Below, one piece after another: positions 1 to 9,939 of a DNA stretch of 64,000 nucleotides. This DNA is from an uncultured Gammaproteobacteria bacterium (lineage in GTDB: Bacteria; Pseudomonadota; Gammaproteobacteria; DRLM01). Both the position numbers and the translations under genes were made by a program. The stretch's first letter is position 1; every line of letters starts with the position of its first letter. The stretch covers positions 1,248,001 to 1,312,000 of the forward strand of contig CAVSNY010000007.1 in the NCBI GenBank assembly GCA_963729605.1, in the 5' to 3' direction. Below the pieces are notes generated by a model. The model worked only from the letters and a program-made list of their open reading frames with translations, did not search any database and was not told the DNA's origin.

Positions 1-147
1 GTTGAAATAGACGCGCGGTGGATTCACGTTATCGTTCGAGAGAGAGACGACGGCGACGCCGCCGGGCACGGCCTCGTTTTTCGGCAGCGGCGTTGCGGCG
101 AGCAGACCCGGCAATATCAACAGCAACAAACTGATCAAATAATTCAT
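1..147 (-). CDS. M23 family peptidase, N-terminal part (continues beyond window start)
   Basis: Manual translation MNYLISLLLLILPGLLAATPLPKNEAVPGGVAVV: signal peptide plus the VPGGVA motif typical of the M23 peptidase downstream of xseA. ATG overlaps the xseA TGA. Confidence 0.7.
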   Translation of the reverse strand, partial: MNYLISLLLLILPGLLAATPLPKNEAVPGGVAVVSLSNDNVNPPRVYFN

Positions 148-1517
148 GTCTCGTATTTCTCATCGACGGTGCTGATCAAACGTCCCTGCGCGATGCGGGT
201 TTCGATTTGATCGCCGATCGCGACCTGAGTTGCATCGCGCACGATGGCGCCGTCGGGCCGACGGTGCACGATGGCGTAGCCGCGCTGCAGGGTGGCGAGC
301 GGACTCACGGTGTCAAGAGTGCGGGCCAGCGCGATGAGGCGCAGACGGTGTTGTTGCAACCGGCCGCGCATGACCCGTTCCAGGCGTTGCGCGAGGTGTT
401 CGCGCCGGAGAGACAATTTTTGCAGATGCTGGCGCGGATCGCGATGGTGCAGCCGGGCGGCGAGCGCGGCGAGCCGACTGTCGGCGTGGCGCAGCTGTGA
501 ACGCCAGGCGAGTTTGAGGCGCTGCTCCAGTTCGTCGAGACGCTGGGCCTGGTCGCGCAATCGGCGGCCGGGATGACATCGCTCCAGCCGCTTGGTAAGC
601 CAGTCCAGTTGCTGGCGCTTGGCATGCTGGATATGCAGCAGCCGTTGCAGCAAGCGTTTTTCGCGGGTCGCGAAGGCCTGCAACCATTCCGCGCCGTCGG
701 GGCTGGCCAGTTCGGCGGCGGCGGAGGGCGTGGCGGCGCGGTGATCGGCGACGAAGTCGGCGATGGTGACGTCCACCTCGTGGCCGACGCCGCTCACCAC
801 CGGCAGCGGGCAGTCGTAAATGGCGCGGGCGACCGCCTCTTCATTGAAGGCCCACAAATCTTCGAGCGAGCCGCCGCCGCGGGCGAGAATCAGCACGTCG
901 CAATCTTGGGATGCTCCGGCGCGCCGCAGCATGCGGACGATGGCCGGTGCCGCCGCCGTGCCCTGCACCGGAACCGGGTAGATCAGCACCGGGATGGCGG
1001 GGAAGCGGCGGCGCAGCACGGTCAGGATGTCGTGGATGGCGGCGCCGCTGGGGGAGGTGATCACCCCGATACGGCGCGGCAACGGCGGCAGCGGTTTTTT
1101 ATGGGCGGGGTCGAACAGGCCCTCGGCCGCCAGGCGTTTTTTGAGTTCTTCGAAGGCGCGCCGCAGCAGGCCGTCGCCGGCCTCTTCCAGGTGTTCGACC
1201 ACCAACTGGTAATCGCCGCGCGGTTCGTAAAGGGTCGCCCGCACCCGCGCCAGCACCTGCATGCCGTCGGCGGGGACAAAGCCGATCAACTGGTTACGCA
1301 TGCGGAACATCGCGCAGCGTACCTGGGCATCGCGGTCCTTCAATGAAAAATACCAGTGGCCGGAGCCGGGCCGCGACAGGTTGGAGACTTCGCCCTCTAT
1401 CCACAGCAGGCCGAAACCGCGGTCCAGCAGGGCGCGCACCTCGCGGTTGAGGCGCGAAACGCTGTAAATCTCACGGCGGGGGGCCGCTTCCGGCGGGTGA
1501 TCGGCGGGGATGTCCAT
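144..1517 (-). CDS. xseA: Exodeoxyribonuclease VII large subunit
   Basis: WIEGEVSN, SGHWYFSLKD, ARGGGSLEDLWAFNEE and GVGHEVD motifs; divergent from guaB. Start taken at ATG 1517. Confidence 0.97.
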   Translation of the reverse strand: MDIPADHPPEAAPRREIYSVSRLNREVRALLDRGFGLLWIEGEVSNLSRPGSGHWYFSLKDRDAQVRCAMFRMRNQLIGFVPADGMQVLARVRATLYEPRGDYQLVVEHLEEAGDGLLRRAFEELKKRLAAEGLFDPAHKKPLPPLPRRIGVITSPSGAAIHDILTVLRRRFPAIPVLIYPVPVQGTAAAPAIVRMLRRAGASQDCDVLILARGGGSLEDLWAFNEEAVARAIYDCPLPVVSGVGHEVDVTIADFVADHRAATPSAAAELASPDGAEWLQAFATREKRLLQRLLHIQHAKRQQLDWLTKRLERCHPGRRLRDQAQRLDELEQRLKLAWRSQLRHADSRLAALAARLHHRDPRQHLQKLSLRREHLAQRLERVMRGRLQQHRLRLIALARTLDTVSPLATLQRGYAIVHRRPDGAIVRDATQVAIGDQIETRIAQGRLISTVDEKYET

Positions 1518-1570
1518 GGGCGTATAGTAGCGCAAACCTGGGTCCGCAACAGGCCGCCCGAGGGGCGAGG

Positions 1571-1599
1571 TTTACCGGTGGGGCGGGAGCTCCTATAAT
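1571..1599 (+). promoter_or_regulatory. sigma70-type promoter of guaBA
   Basis: TTTACC-N17-TATAAT upstream of guaB. Confidence 0.6.
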
Positions 1600-1644
1600 G
1601 GCAGGCTATTTATTCCTCAATTACTTAATAGATGGACGACCCCT

Positions 1645-3108
1645 ATGCTGCGAGTAGTCGAAGAAGCCCTCACCTTTGATGACGTGCTCCTGGTGCCCGC
1701 CCATTCCGTAGTGCTGCCCAGGGAAGTGGGGCTTCAGACTCAACTGACCCGCGAGATCACCCTCAATATCCCGCTGGTGTCCTCCGCCATGGACACGGTG
1801 ACCGAGGCCCGCCTCGCCATCGCCCTGGCCCAGGAGGGCGGCATCGGCATCGTGCATAAGAACATGTCCGCCGGCGAACAGGCCGAGCAGGTCCGCCGGG
1901 TGAAGAAATACGAGGCGGGGGTCATCAAGGAGCCCATCACCGTGACGCCGGACACCACCATCCGCCGGGTGCTGGAGCTGACCCGCAAGCACAATATCTC
2001 CGGGGTGCCGGTGGTGCAGGGCGAAGAGCTGGTGGGCATCGTCACCAATCGCGATCTGCGCTTCGAAACCCGTTACGACAACGCGGTGGCGGCGGTGATG
2101 ACACCCAAGGATCGCTTGGTGACGGTGAAAGAGGGCGCCAGCCGCGACGAGATCAAACGCCTGCTGCATCAGCACCGCATCGAAAAACTGCTGGTAGTGA
2201 ACGACAAGTTTCAATTGCGCGGCATGGTGACGGTCAAAGACATTCAAAAATCCCGCGAGAAACCCAACGCCTGCAAAGACGATTACGAACGCCTGCGGGT
2301 CGGCGCGGCGGTGGGCACCGGCGAAGGCACCGACGACCGGGTGGCGGCGCTGGTGGCCGCCGAAGTGGACGTGATCGTGGTCGATACCGCCCACGGCCAC
2401 TCGCAAGGCGTGCTCAACCGGGTGCGCTGGATCAAGCAGAATTTCCCCGAGGTGCAGTTGATCGGCGGCAACGTCGCCACCACCGAAGGCGCGCTGGCGC
2501 TGGTGGAAGCGGGGGTGGACGCGGTGAAGGTGGGCATCGGTCCCGGTTCGATTTGCACCACCCGCATCGTCAGCGGGGTGGGCGTGCCGCAGATCACCGC
2601 CATCGCCAACGCCTGCAACGCGCTTAAAGGCATGGGTATCCCGGTCATCGCCGACGGCGGCGTGCGTTTCTCCGGCGATCTCGCCAAGGCTCTCGTCGCC
2701 GGCGCTCACTGCGTAATGGTCGGCAGCATGTTCGCCGGCACCGAAGAATCTCCCGGCGAAGTGGAATTGTTTCAAGGCCGTTCGTACAAATCTTATCGCG
2801 GCATGGGCTCTCTCGGCGCCATGCAGCGCGGTTCCAGCGATCGTTATTTCCAGGAAGGCGAATTGGAAGTGGAGAAGTTGGTGCCCGAAGGTGTGGAAGG
2901 CCGCGTGCCCTACAAGGGCAGCATGGTCGCCATCGTCCATCAACTGATGGGCGGCCTGCGCGCCAGCATGGGCTACACCGGCTGCAAGGACATCGAGGAA
3001 ATGCGCACCAAACCGATGTTCGTGCGGGTGACCAGCGCGGGCATGCGCGAGAGTCATGTGCACGATGTCACCATCACCCGCGAAGCGCCGAATTACCGGA
3101 TTGATTAA
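1645..3108 (+). CDS. guaB: IMP dehydrogenase
   Basis: [11 protein letters not shown] pair, catalytic [17 protein letters not shown]. Confidence 0.99.
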   Translation: MLRVVEEALTFDDVLLVPAHSVVLPREVGLQTQLTREITLNIPLVSSAMDTVTEARLAIALAQEGGIGIVHKNMSAGEQAEQVRRVKKYEAGVIKEPITVTPDTTIRRVLELTRKHNISGVPVVQGEELVGIVTNRDLRFETRYDNAVAAVMTPKDRLVTVKEGASRDEIKRLLHQHRIEKLLVVNDKFQLRGMVTVKDIQKSREKPNACKDDYERLRVGAAVGTGEGTDDRVAALVAAEVDVIVVDTAHGHSQGVLNRVRWIKQNFPEVQLIGGNVATTEGALALVEAGVDAVKVGIGPGSICTTRIVSGVGVPQITAIANACNALKGMGIPVIADGGVRFSGDLAKALVAGAHCVMVGSMFAGTEESPGEVELFQGRSYKSYRGMGSLGAMQRGSSDRYFQEGELEVEKLVPEGVEGRVPYKGSMVAIVHQLMGGLRASMGYTGCKDIEEMRTKPMFVRVTSAGMRESHVHDVTITREAPNYRID

Positions 3109-3117
3109 ATTCTAAAT

Positions 3118-3204
3118 GTAGGGTGGGTTAGGCGCGCAGCGCCGTAACCCGCCATCTTGGTTTCGGTGGGTTACGGCGCGCAAAGCGCGCCTAACCCACC
3201 CTAC
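3118..3204. repeat. GTAG-type REP doublet (REPIN-like inverted pair)
   Basis: GTAGGGTGGGTTAGGCGCGC...CGCCGTAACCC spacer GGGTTACGGCG...GCGCGCCTAACCCACCCTAC; long near-perfect inverted repeat filling the guaB-guaA spacer. Confidence 0.8.
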
Positions 3205-3217
3205 ATTGATAGTGAAT

Positions 3218-4792
3218 ATGACTGACATTCATCACCATCGCGTTCTCATCCTCGACTTCGGTTCCCAATACACTCAACTCATCGCGCGGCGCGTGCGTGA
3301 AGCCGGCGTGTATTGCGAGTTGCATCCTTTCGACATGGACGAGGCCGCGCTGCGCGCCTTCAAGCCCAACGGCATCATTCTTTCCGGCGGACCGGAATCT
3401 GTGACCTTGACCGAGACACCGCGCGCGCCGCAGTGCGTGTTCGATCTCGGCGTGCCGGTGCTCGGCATCTGCTACGGCATGCAGACCATGGCGCTGCAAC
3501 TGGGCGGCGCGGTCGAATCGTCGGCGCATCGTGAATTCGGTTACGCCCAAGTGCGCGCGCGCGGCCATTCGCGGCTGCTGCGCGACATCGAGGACCACAC
3601 CACGCCGGAAGGCTACGGCCTGCTCGATGTGTGGATGAGTCACGGCGATCGCGTCACCGCCTTGCCGGCGGGTTTCAAGATGATCGCCAGCACCGAGGGC
3701 GCGCCGCTCGCGGGCATGGCCGACGAGGACCGCCATTTCTACGGCTTGCAATTCCATCCCGAAGTGACGCACACCCGCCAGGGCGAACGCATCATCAACC
3801 GCTTCGTGCACGAGATCTGCGGCTGTGCCAGCGCGTGGACCGCAAGCAACATCATCGACGAGAGCATCGAAAAAATCCGCGCGCAAGTCGGTAAGGATGA
3901 CGTGTTGCTGGGTCTCTCCGGCGGCGTCGATTCCTCGGTGGTCGCGGCGTTATTGCATCGCGCCATCGGCGACCAGCTCACCTGCGTGTTCGTCGACAAC
4001 GGCCTGCTGCGTTTGAACGAAGGCGACCAGGTGATGGCGACCTTCGCCAAACACATGGGCATCCGCGTGATCCGCGTCAATGCCGAGGAGCGCTTCATGA
4101 CGGCGCTGCAAGGCGTCGCCGATCCGGAGCGGAAGCGCAAGATCATCGGCAATCAATTCGTCGAGGTGTTCGAGGAAGAGGCGGCCAAGCTGAAAAATGC
4201 GCGCTGGCTGGCGCAGGGCACGATCTATCCCGACGTCATCGAATCCGCCGGCGCCAAGAGCGGCAAGGCGCACGTGATCAAGACTCACCACAACGTCGGC
4301 GGCCTGCCGGCCGCGATGCGCATGCAACTCGTCGAGCCGCTGCGCGAGTTGTTCAAGGATGAAGTGCGCAAGATCGGCGTCGAACTCGGCCTGCCGTTCG
4401 ACATGGTTTATCGTCACCCGTTTCCGGGCCCCGGCCTCGGCGTGCGCATCCTCGGCGAAGTGAAAAAAGAATACGCCGATTTATTGCGCCGCGCCGACGC
4501 GATCTTCATCGAAGAGCTGCATAAGCAAGGATGGTATGACAAAGTCAGCCAGGCCTTCACCGTGTTTCTGCCGGTGCGCTCGGTGGGCGTGATGGGCGAC
4601 GGTCGCCGTTACGATTACGTGGTGTCGCTGCGCGCGGTGCAGACCGTGGATTTCATGACCGCGCATTGGGCGCCGCTGCCTTACGAGTTGCTGGGCACGG
4701 TGTCGAACCGCATCATCAACGAAGTGGCCGGCATCTCGCGGGTGGTGTACGACATCTCGGGTAAACCGCCGGCGACGATCGAGTGGGAGTGA
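3218..4792 (+). CDS. guaA: GMP synthase (glutamine-hydrolysing)
   Basis: [37 protein letters not shown]-terminal KPPATIEWE. Confidence 0.99.
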   Translation: MTDIHHHRVLILDFGSQYTQLIARRVREAGVYCELHPFDMDEAALRAFKPNGIILSGGPESVTLTETPRAPQCVFDLGVPVLGICYGMQTMALQLGGAVESSAHREFGYAQVRARGHSRLLRDIEDHTTPEGYGLLDVWMSHGDRVTALPAGFKMIASTEGAPLAGMADEDRHFYGLQFHPEVTHTRQGERIINRFVHEICGCASAWTASNIIDESIEKIRAQVGKDDVLLGLSGGVDSSVVAALLHRAIGDQLTCVFVDNGLLRLNEGDQVMATFAKHMGIRVIRVNAEERFMTALQGVADPERKRKIIGNQFVEVFEEEAAKLKNARWLAQGTIYPDVIESAGAKSGKAHVIKTHHNVGGLPAAMRMQLVEPLRELFKDEVRKIGVELGLPFDMVYRHPFPGPGLGVRILGEVKKEYADLLRRADAIFIEELHKQGWYDKVSQAFTVFLPVRSVGVMGDGRRYDYVVSLRAVQTVDFMTAHWAPLPYELLGTVSNRIINEVAGISRVVYDISGKPPATIEWE

Positions 4793-4794
4793 CC
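4778..4794 (+). repeat. Attachment core at guaA 3' end (attL-like)
   Basis: ATCGAGTGGGAGTGACC, repeated exactly at 18048-18064. The guaA 3' end (GAGTGGGA) is an established island integration target. Confidence 0.8.
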
Positions 4795-4972
4795 TGAATT
4801 GGTAACGCATTGAAATATAGAAACTAAAAAATAGAATTGATCATGTAGCCTGCATCATCAATGGTATTTATTGCGTGTAGCAAGGCAGATTACATCGAGA
4901 CCATGAGATGAAAATTGAATCTGGCATGGTATCAGACGCGCTGAGCTCTACTAGTTTGAGCAAGGCCTCAGC

Positions 4973-5950
4973 ATGACACTGGCCTTTATCGCTGTAATTT
5001 TTGGATTGGTGCTGCTCGTCTGGAGTGCCGGCCGTTTTGTGGAGGGCTCGGCCTCCACCGCCCGCCATTTCGGTATGCCGCCGCTGTTGATCGGCATGGT
5101 TATCGTCGGGTTCGGCACCTCCGCGCCGGAGATGGCGGTGTCGGCTTTGGCCGCATCGCAGGGCAACCCGGGCATCGCGCTGGGTAACGCCTACGGTTCG
5201 AATATCATCAACATCGCCCTGATCCTGGGAGTGACAGCATTGATCAGTCCCATCGCCGTCCATTCGCAGGTGCTGCGCAAGGAGCTGCCCATCCTCACGG
5301 TGGTGACCGCGCTGGCGGCCTGGCAACTCTGGGATGGCGAGATCACCCGTGTCGATGCCGTAGTGCTGCTGGTTGTTTTTGGGGGGCTGATGGCCTGGAC
5401 CATCCGGCAGGGGCTGCGGGGAAAAGCCGATGTACTGAGAAGCGAGATGGAGCAGGAACTGGATGTCCGCGCCATACCCATCAATCGCGCGGTCTTCTGG
5501 CTGGTGGTAGGGCTGGCGCTTTTGATTGTCAGTTCCCGCATCCTGGTCTGGGGCGCGGTGGAGATCGCTCGTGGGTTCGGCGTCAGCGACCTGATCATCG
5601 GCCTGACCATCGTTGCGGTCGGCACCTCGCTGCCGGAACTGGCCTCTTCCATCATCGCGACGCGCAAGGGGGAACATGACATCGCCCTTGGCAACGTGCT
5701 GGGTTCGAATCTGTTCAACACTCTGGCGGTGGTGGGTATCGCCGGAGTGATTCACCCGATGGCGGTCGGACCGGAAGTCTTCAACCGCGACATGTTGGTC
5801 ATGGCCGCGCTGACTTTATCGCTTTTCGTTATCGGCTATGGGTTTCGGGGAGCGGGACGTATCAACCGTTTCGAGGGCGCAGTTCTGCTGGCCTGTTACC
5901 TGGGCTATACGGCCTACCTGGCCAGCACGGTGTTCGGCCAGTCCGCATGA
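4973..5950 (+). CDS. Calcium/sodium antiporter (CaCA family, YrbG-like)
   Basis: Two alpha repeats GTSAPE / GTSLPE and GN(A/V)xGSN motifs; about 10 TM segments. Confidence 0.93.
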   Translation: MTLAFIAVIFGLVLLVWSAGRFVEGSASTARHFGMPPLLIGMVIVGFGTSAPEMAVSALAASQGNPGIALGNAYGSNIINIALILGVTALISPIAVHSQVLRKELPILTVVTALAAWQLWDGEITRVDAVVLLVVFGGLMAWTIRQGLRGKADVLRSEMEQELDVRAIPINRAVFWLVVGLALLIVSSRILVWGAVEIARGFGVSDLIIGLTIVAVGTSLPELASSIIATRKGEHDIALGNVLGSNLFNTLAVVGIAGVIHPMAVGPEVFNRDMLVMAALTLSLFVIGYGFRGAGRINRFEGAVLLACYLGYTAYLASTVFGQSA

Positions 5951-6012
5951 GGGTGATGATCGCCGCATAAACTTAAGGATAAACGGTGAACAAGTTTCAA
6001 TTCCTTTTGATA

Positions 6013-6025
6013 ATCGAGTGGGAGT
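6013..6025 (+). repeat. Second copy of guaA att core (13 bp)
   Basis: ATCGAGTGGGAGT, identical to 4778-4790, in intergenic AT-rich DNA. Confidence 0.7.
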
Positions 6026-6266
6026 AGGGTGGGGTATAAATTATTGTTCGTTAACAGGGTGTGTGCTCGTTGAATATATGAATCACATGATCAACGAGTC
6101 GGCAAGCCTTGGATATCAATAGTTCTCGGCTGAACTTGGGTCAGGTGAGTCTTATTTCGGTATTTTTAGGTGGCGGGAGCTGCTTGGTTGGACCTGCGCC
6201 CACCTGCTGGATTCCCGCTGGTGGGCGCGGTTGGCCTTCCCTTCTTCAGAGTCGAAGCGGCATCCG

Positions 6267-7238
6267 CTACTCAGTTAACTTTATCGGGGAGGCAAAGCCA
6301 AGGGGTTTGACAGCGAGCACGGAACATTGCAATTGTTCGAGGATGGTTTCTGCGGTATTGCCGATGAACAATCCAGCGATGCCTGTTCGGGCGACTGTCC
6401 CCATCACCACCAGATCGGCCTGCAGCTGTTTCGCTACTTCCGGTATGACCGTGGAGGCCGCTCCGCGGCGCAAATGGAACTGAGGCGAAAGATGATCGTA
6501 GGCCTCTTTGCCTATTTGGTCTCTTAGCTGATCGCGAAGGCGGTTGAAGGCGCTTTCATGACGGGAACGTTCACCTTCCACATAGGCCATGCTGGCTTCG
6601 ACCGGATTGTCGGCCCATGACCGCACCGTCATTTCGGCTGGGGCATCCCAGACGTGAACCAAGTGCAATGAAGCAAAGTCTGACAACGCGAGCGAACTGG
6701 CAAGCTCAAGAATCAGTTGGTTGAGACTCTGGTTTATTGTGTCGGACAGATTGTCCAGGTTGAAGTCAACGGCCAGCAGTATGCACCCATAATTCGACTT
6801 GTCATCAGGCCGCGTCAGCCATACCGGACAGGGGCACTTGCGCAGCAAATGCATATCATTGCTGCCAAACAACCGTTCGACGAAGCTAGGATTTTCGGCA
6901 GGCTTGATCAGCAAATCATGCTTATTGCGCAGCACGGCGCGAATGGCTTCGAGGAATATCCGGCCGGTATGTACCTCAATACGGATATTGCAACGTTGTT
7001 GGAAGGGCGCGACAAGGGACTTGAGTTCCTCGCGACGCTGAGTCGTCAAAAAATCCTGCAACTTGGCCGAGGAAGGTCCGCTGGAAAGCAAGGCGGGGTC
7101 TGGTGGAATAACCGGCACAACATCGATGACCGTCAGCTCTGCCTGATTGTTTTCCGCCAGCGACACTGCCCGCGCCACTGCTGGTCCTTGCGCAATGGAT
7201 GCTTGCGCGACGTAAAGAATGTTTTTGAACTGCTTCAT
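6267..7238 (-). CDS. Universal stress protein (tandem USP domains, UspE-like)
   Basis: FKNILYV, LFGSNDMHLLRKCPCPVW, DLVVMGTVARTGIAGLFIGNTAE. Confidence 0.93.
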   Translation of the reverse strand: MKQFKNILYVAQASIAQGPAVARAVSLAENNQAELTVIDVVPVIPPDPALLSSGPSSAKLQDFLTTQRREELKSLVAPFQQRCNIRIEVHTGRIFLEAIRAVLRNKHDLLIKPAENPSFVERLFGSNDMHLLRKCPCPVWLTRPDDKSNYGCILLAVDFNLDNLSDTINQSLNQLILELASSLALSDFASLHLVHVWDAPAEMTVRSWADNPVEASMAYVEGERSRHESAFNRLRDQLRDQIGKEAYDHLSPQFHLRRGAASTVIPEVAKQLQADLVVMGTVARTGIAGLFIGNTAETILEQLQCSVLAVKPLGFASPIKLTE

Positions 7239-7276
7239 GACATGCACCTCCATCTGTGTGCGGACCAACTCGTCCG

Positions 7277-8998
7277 TCAATGGCCAACTTTTTCCTGTTT
7301 GTCCGGTTCATTTTCCAGCACGGGCTTGTAGCCCCAATCCCTGACGCCCTGGATCACCTGATCGATATCGGCAGACGGTACCTGAAGTATCTGCAGCGCC
7401 GTTGCGCCCAGGCGCAAGCTCGCTTCAATGGTTTCCGGATAGGCGTGAACCGCGCCGGCTTGAAGCAGCTGTGCGCTCGTTTCGAGATCCCGTGCCCGCG
7501 CGACGACCGGCACCTGCGGACATGTCCTGCGCAAATAGGAAAGCGCACGCAATGCCGTGGTGGAACCGTCGGCGGTAATGACGATCAGCGAGGCGCGCTC
7601 TACATGAATGGCTGCCAGCAATCCCGGATCGGAGATGTCACCGTAATATACAGGGTGACCATCCGCTCTTCCCTGTGCGACCTGTTTCGGATCGGTGTCA
7701 AAGGCCACGAACGGAATACCGCTTGAATGCAATAGTACAGCGATGGTGTGGCCGACGCGGCCATAACCGCCGATCACGACCTGTTGTACCGGCGTTTCCA
7801 GTAACTCGGGACTGTCGGGCGTCTCAACGCGCGGGGCACTGACCAGCCGGGACACAATGGCACCATTAAAGCGGATCAGAACGGCACCAGCTATCATCGA
7901 GAGCAGCACCGAGGTTATCGCAATCTGACCCAGCTGCACTTCGATTACGTTGGAATCCAACGCGATGGCAATGAGGGCAAGGCCGAATTCACCACCCACG
8001 CTCAACAACAAGCCGGTACGCCACGCGACTTGGGCATCAACCCCGGTCCTGCGCACCATCGCGGCGACGATCAGCGTCTTGCTTGCCAGAATGAGTAGCG
8101 CGCCGAGCAGGGTCCAGTGCCATATTGGTGGTATCGCGGTTGGATCGAAACGCATGCCGATGCCGATAAAGAACAAACCAAGCAGTACATCACGGAAGGG
8201 GCGTATGCTCGATTCCACCTGGTGACGGAACTCCGTTTCTCCCAGCATCATCCCGGCAAGAAATCCCCCGAAAGCTAGCGACAAGCCGAGACTGTTTGTG
8301 GCCCACGCTGCGAGCAAGGCGATCAGCAGCACGGCCAGCGTGAACATTTCGAGGGATCGGCGCTCGGAAACAAGATGAAATAGCGGGCGCAGCAGCCAGC
8401 GCCCGGCGATGAACACCAGTGCGAACGCGAGAGCAGCTTTCGCAAGCGCCCACCCCAGAGTGCCGGCCAGTACGTCCGCAGCGACCGACGTTCCCAGCAC
8501 GGGTATGATCACCAGAAAAGGGACGGCGGTGACGTCCTGGAAAACAGACATCGCGAGTCCGAGGCGGCCGTGCTGGGTGTTCTCCTCACCCCGTTCGTTC
8601 AGGATGCTCGCGATAATGGTGGTCGACGACTGGGCAAACACGGCGCCGAATACGAACGCGACTGCGACAGGAAGCCCCGCGAGCCACACGATGCTGCCAA
8701 CGAAGAAGGTTGTGAACACGACCTGCCCGGTTCCCAGTCCAAAAACCTGGTGCCGTAACGCTTGCAATTGCGGCAGGGAGAAATTAAGCCCAATCGTAAA
8801 CAGCAAAAAGACTACGCCGAATTCGGCGAGCGTTTGAAACTCGGGTATCGACACCGTTGGACCCAGCGTATGTGGCCCGACAATCACGCCCACGAGTAAA
8901 TACCCCAGACTGGTCGGGACATGTAGCCGCTGAAATGTAACCACCACGGCTATCGCCAGGGCCAGAAGTAAGAGGATTTGTGCGAGATGCTCCATCAT
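7277..8998 (-). CDS. CPA2 cation:proton antiporter with TrkA-N (KTN) domain, KefB/KefC-like
   Basis: LAEFGVVFLLFTIGL, VFQD, PFRDVLLGLFF; C-terminal GGYGRVG Rossmann motif. Confidence 0.92.
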   Translation of the reverse strand: MMEHLAQILLLLALAIAVVVTFQRLHVPTSLGYLLVGVIVGPHTLGPTVSIPEFQTLAEFGVVFLLFTIGLNFSLPQLQALRHQVFGLGTGQVVFTTFFVGSIVWLAGLPVAVAFVFGAVFAQSSTTIIASILNERGEENTQHGRLGLAMSVFQDVTAVPFLVIIPVLGTSVAADVLAGTLGWALAKAALAFALVFIAGRWLLRPLFHLVSERRSLEMFTLAVLLIALLAAWATNSLGLSLAFGGFLAGMMLGETEFRHQVESSIRPFRDVLLGLFFIGIGMRFDPTAIPPIWHWTLLGALLILASKTLIVAAMVRRTGVDAQVAWRTGLLLSVGGEFGLALIAIALDSNVIEVQLGQIAITSVLLSMIAGAVLIRFNGAIVSRLVSAPRVETPDSPELLETPVQQVVIGGYGRVGHTIAVLLHSSGIPFVAFDTDPKQVAQGRADGHPVYYGDISDPGLLAAIHVERASLIVITADGSTTALRALSYLRRTCPQVPVVARARDLETSAQLLQAGAVHAYPETIEASLRLGATALQILQVPSADIDQVIQGVRDWGYKPVLENEPDKQEKVGH

Positions 8999-9084
8999 GG
9001 TTTTTCACGCTGCAGAAGGCTAAGACCCAAAGTTTACCGTTACGTAAAATTGTCTGTTGCGTCTCTTGAACGCAGTGACCCCCA

Positions 9085-9335
9085 CTACCGCTTCGCTATC
9101 CGTCGGCACTGTGTGGTGACCACCTTTTCGATGCGTTGCAGCGCTGGATAGGCGCCGTGACGCGCCTCGAATTCTTCCCGCTCCGGGCCAATTCTCTCCT
9201 GCAGTGCGTCTGGCGGTCTCACGTACCAAGTTATCCAGGAATTGCGGCCGCACATCACATTGTTTGGCGAGCGCTTCCCAGTGCGCGGGGGTGATCACAT
9301 AGGGATTGCGTTCGCCGCCGATATCGAAGGCGAGA
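9085..9335 (-). pseudogene. C-terminal remnant of a HipA-domain toxin, interrupted by the IS91/ISCR remnant
   Basis: LAFDIGGERNPYVITPAHWEALAKQCDVRPQFL resembles HipA C-termini; frameshifted, no start. Confidence 0.55.
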
Positions 9336-9907
9336 AGCGGCTGTCTCTGACGCCGAATGGCAACATCCGCTACCAGCTCAAGACGCCGTACCGGGACGGT
9401 ACCACATATGTGATCTTCGAGCCGCCGGATTTCATCGCCCGCCTCGCCGCACTGGTGCCAAAACCCAAGGTCAACCTGATCCGGTTTCACGGTGTATTCG
9501 CGCCCAACGGCAAGTACCGGGCGCTGGTGACTCCGTCAAAGCGGGGCAGGGGCAACCAGGCCAGGGGTGCCGATGAACCGCCAACACCCGCACAACGGCG
9601 AGTGTCGATGACCTGGGCACAGCGGCTTAAGCGTATTCAACATCGATATCGAAACCTGCCGCGAATGCGGCGGTGCCGTGAAAGTCATTGCCTGCATCGA
9701 AGACCCGGTGGTGATCCAGAAGATACTCAATCACCCGGCTGACGGTTTGGTTTGAGAGGGGCACAGGGCCGTGATCCGGCCGATTTAGCCAACTAAGCCA
9801 CCGCATCAGATGAGATTGACTGGCCGCGAAATGGCCGGGTTGGTTCGGGGTGGGCGGGGTGGGCGGGGTGGTTTTTCAGTGAAAAGGGGGTTTATACTTT
9901 CTATACT
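9331..9907 (+). mobile_element. IS91-family / ISCR element remnant (3' part of transposase plus oriIS)
   Basis: RYQLKTPYRDGTT...DFIARLAALVPKP.VNLIRFHGVFAPN...MTWAQRLKR, then a frameshifted C..CGG.VKVIACIEDP. Ends in oriIS-like GGGGGTTTATACTTTCTATAC (about 9886-9906). Confidence 0.85.
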
Positions 9908-9939
9908 TTTGACCTTATGGTGCTTTCGAGGAGCAGGTC

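Noticed and set aside
1621-3063. 480-aa antisense ORF over guaB, and similar long antisense ORFs (9901-11490, 36520-38076, 38970-40706, 54157-55725, 56297-57661)
   Set aside because: Shadow frames of high-GC coding genes; no motifs, and the sense-strand genes are unambiguous
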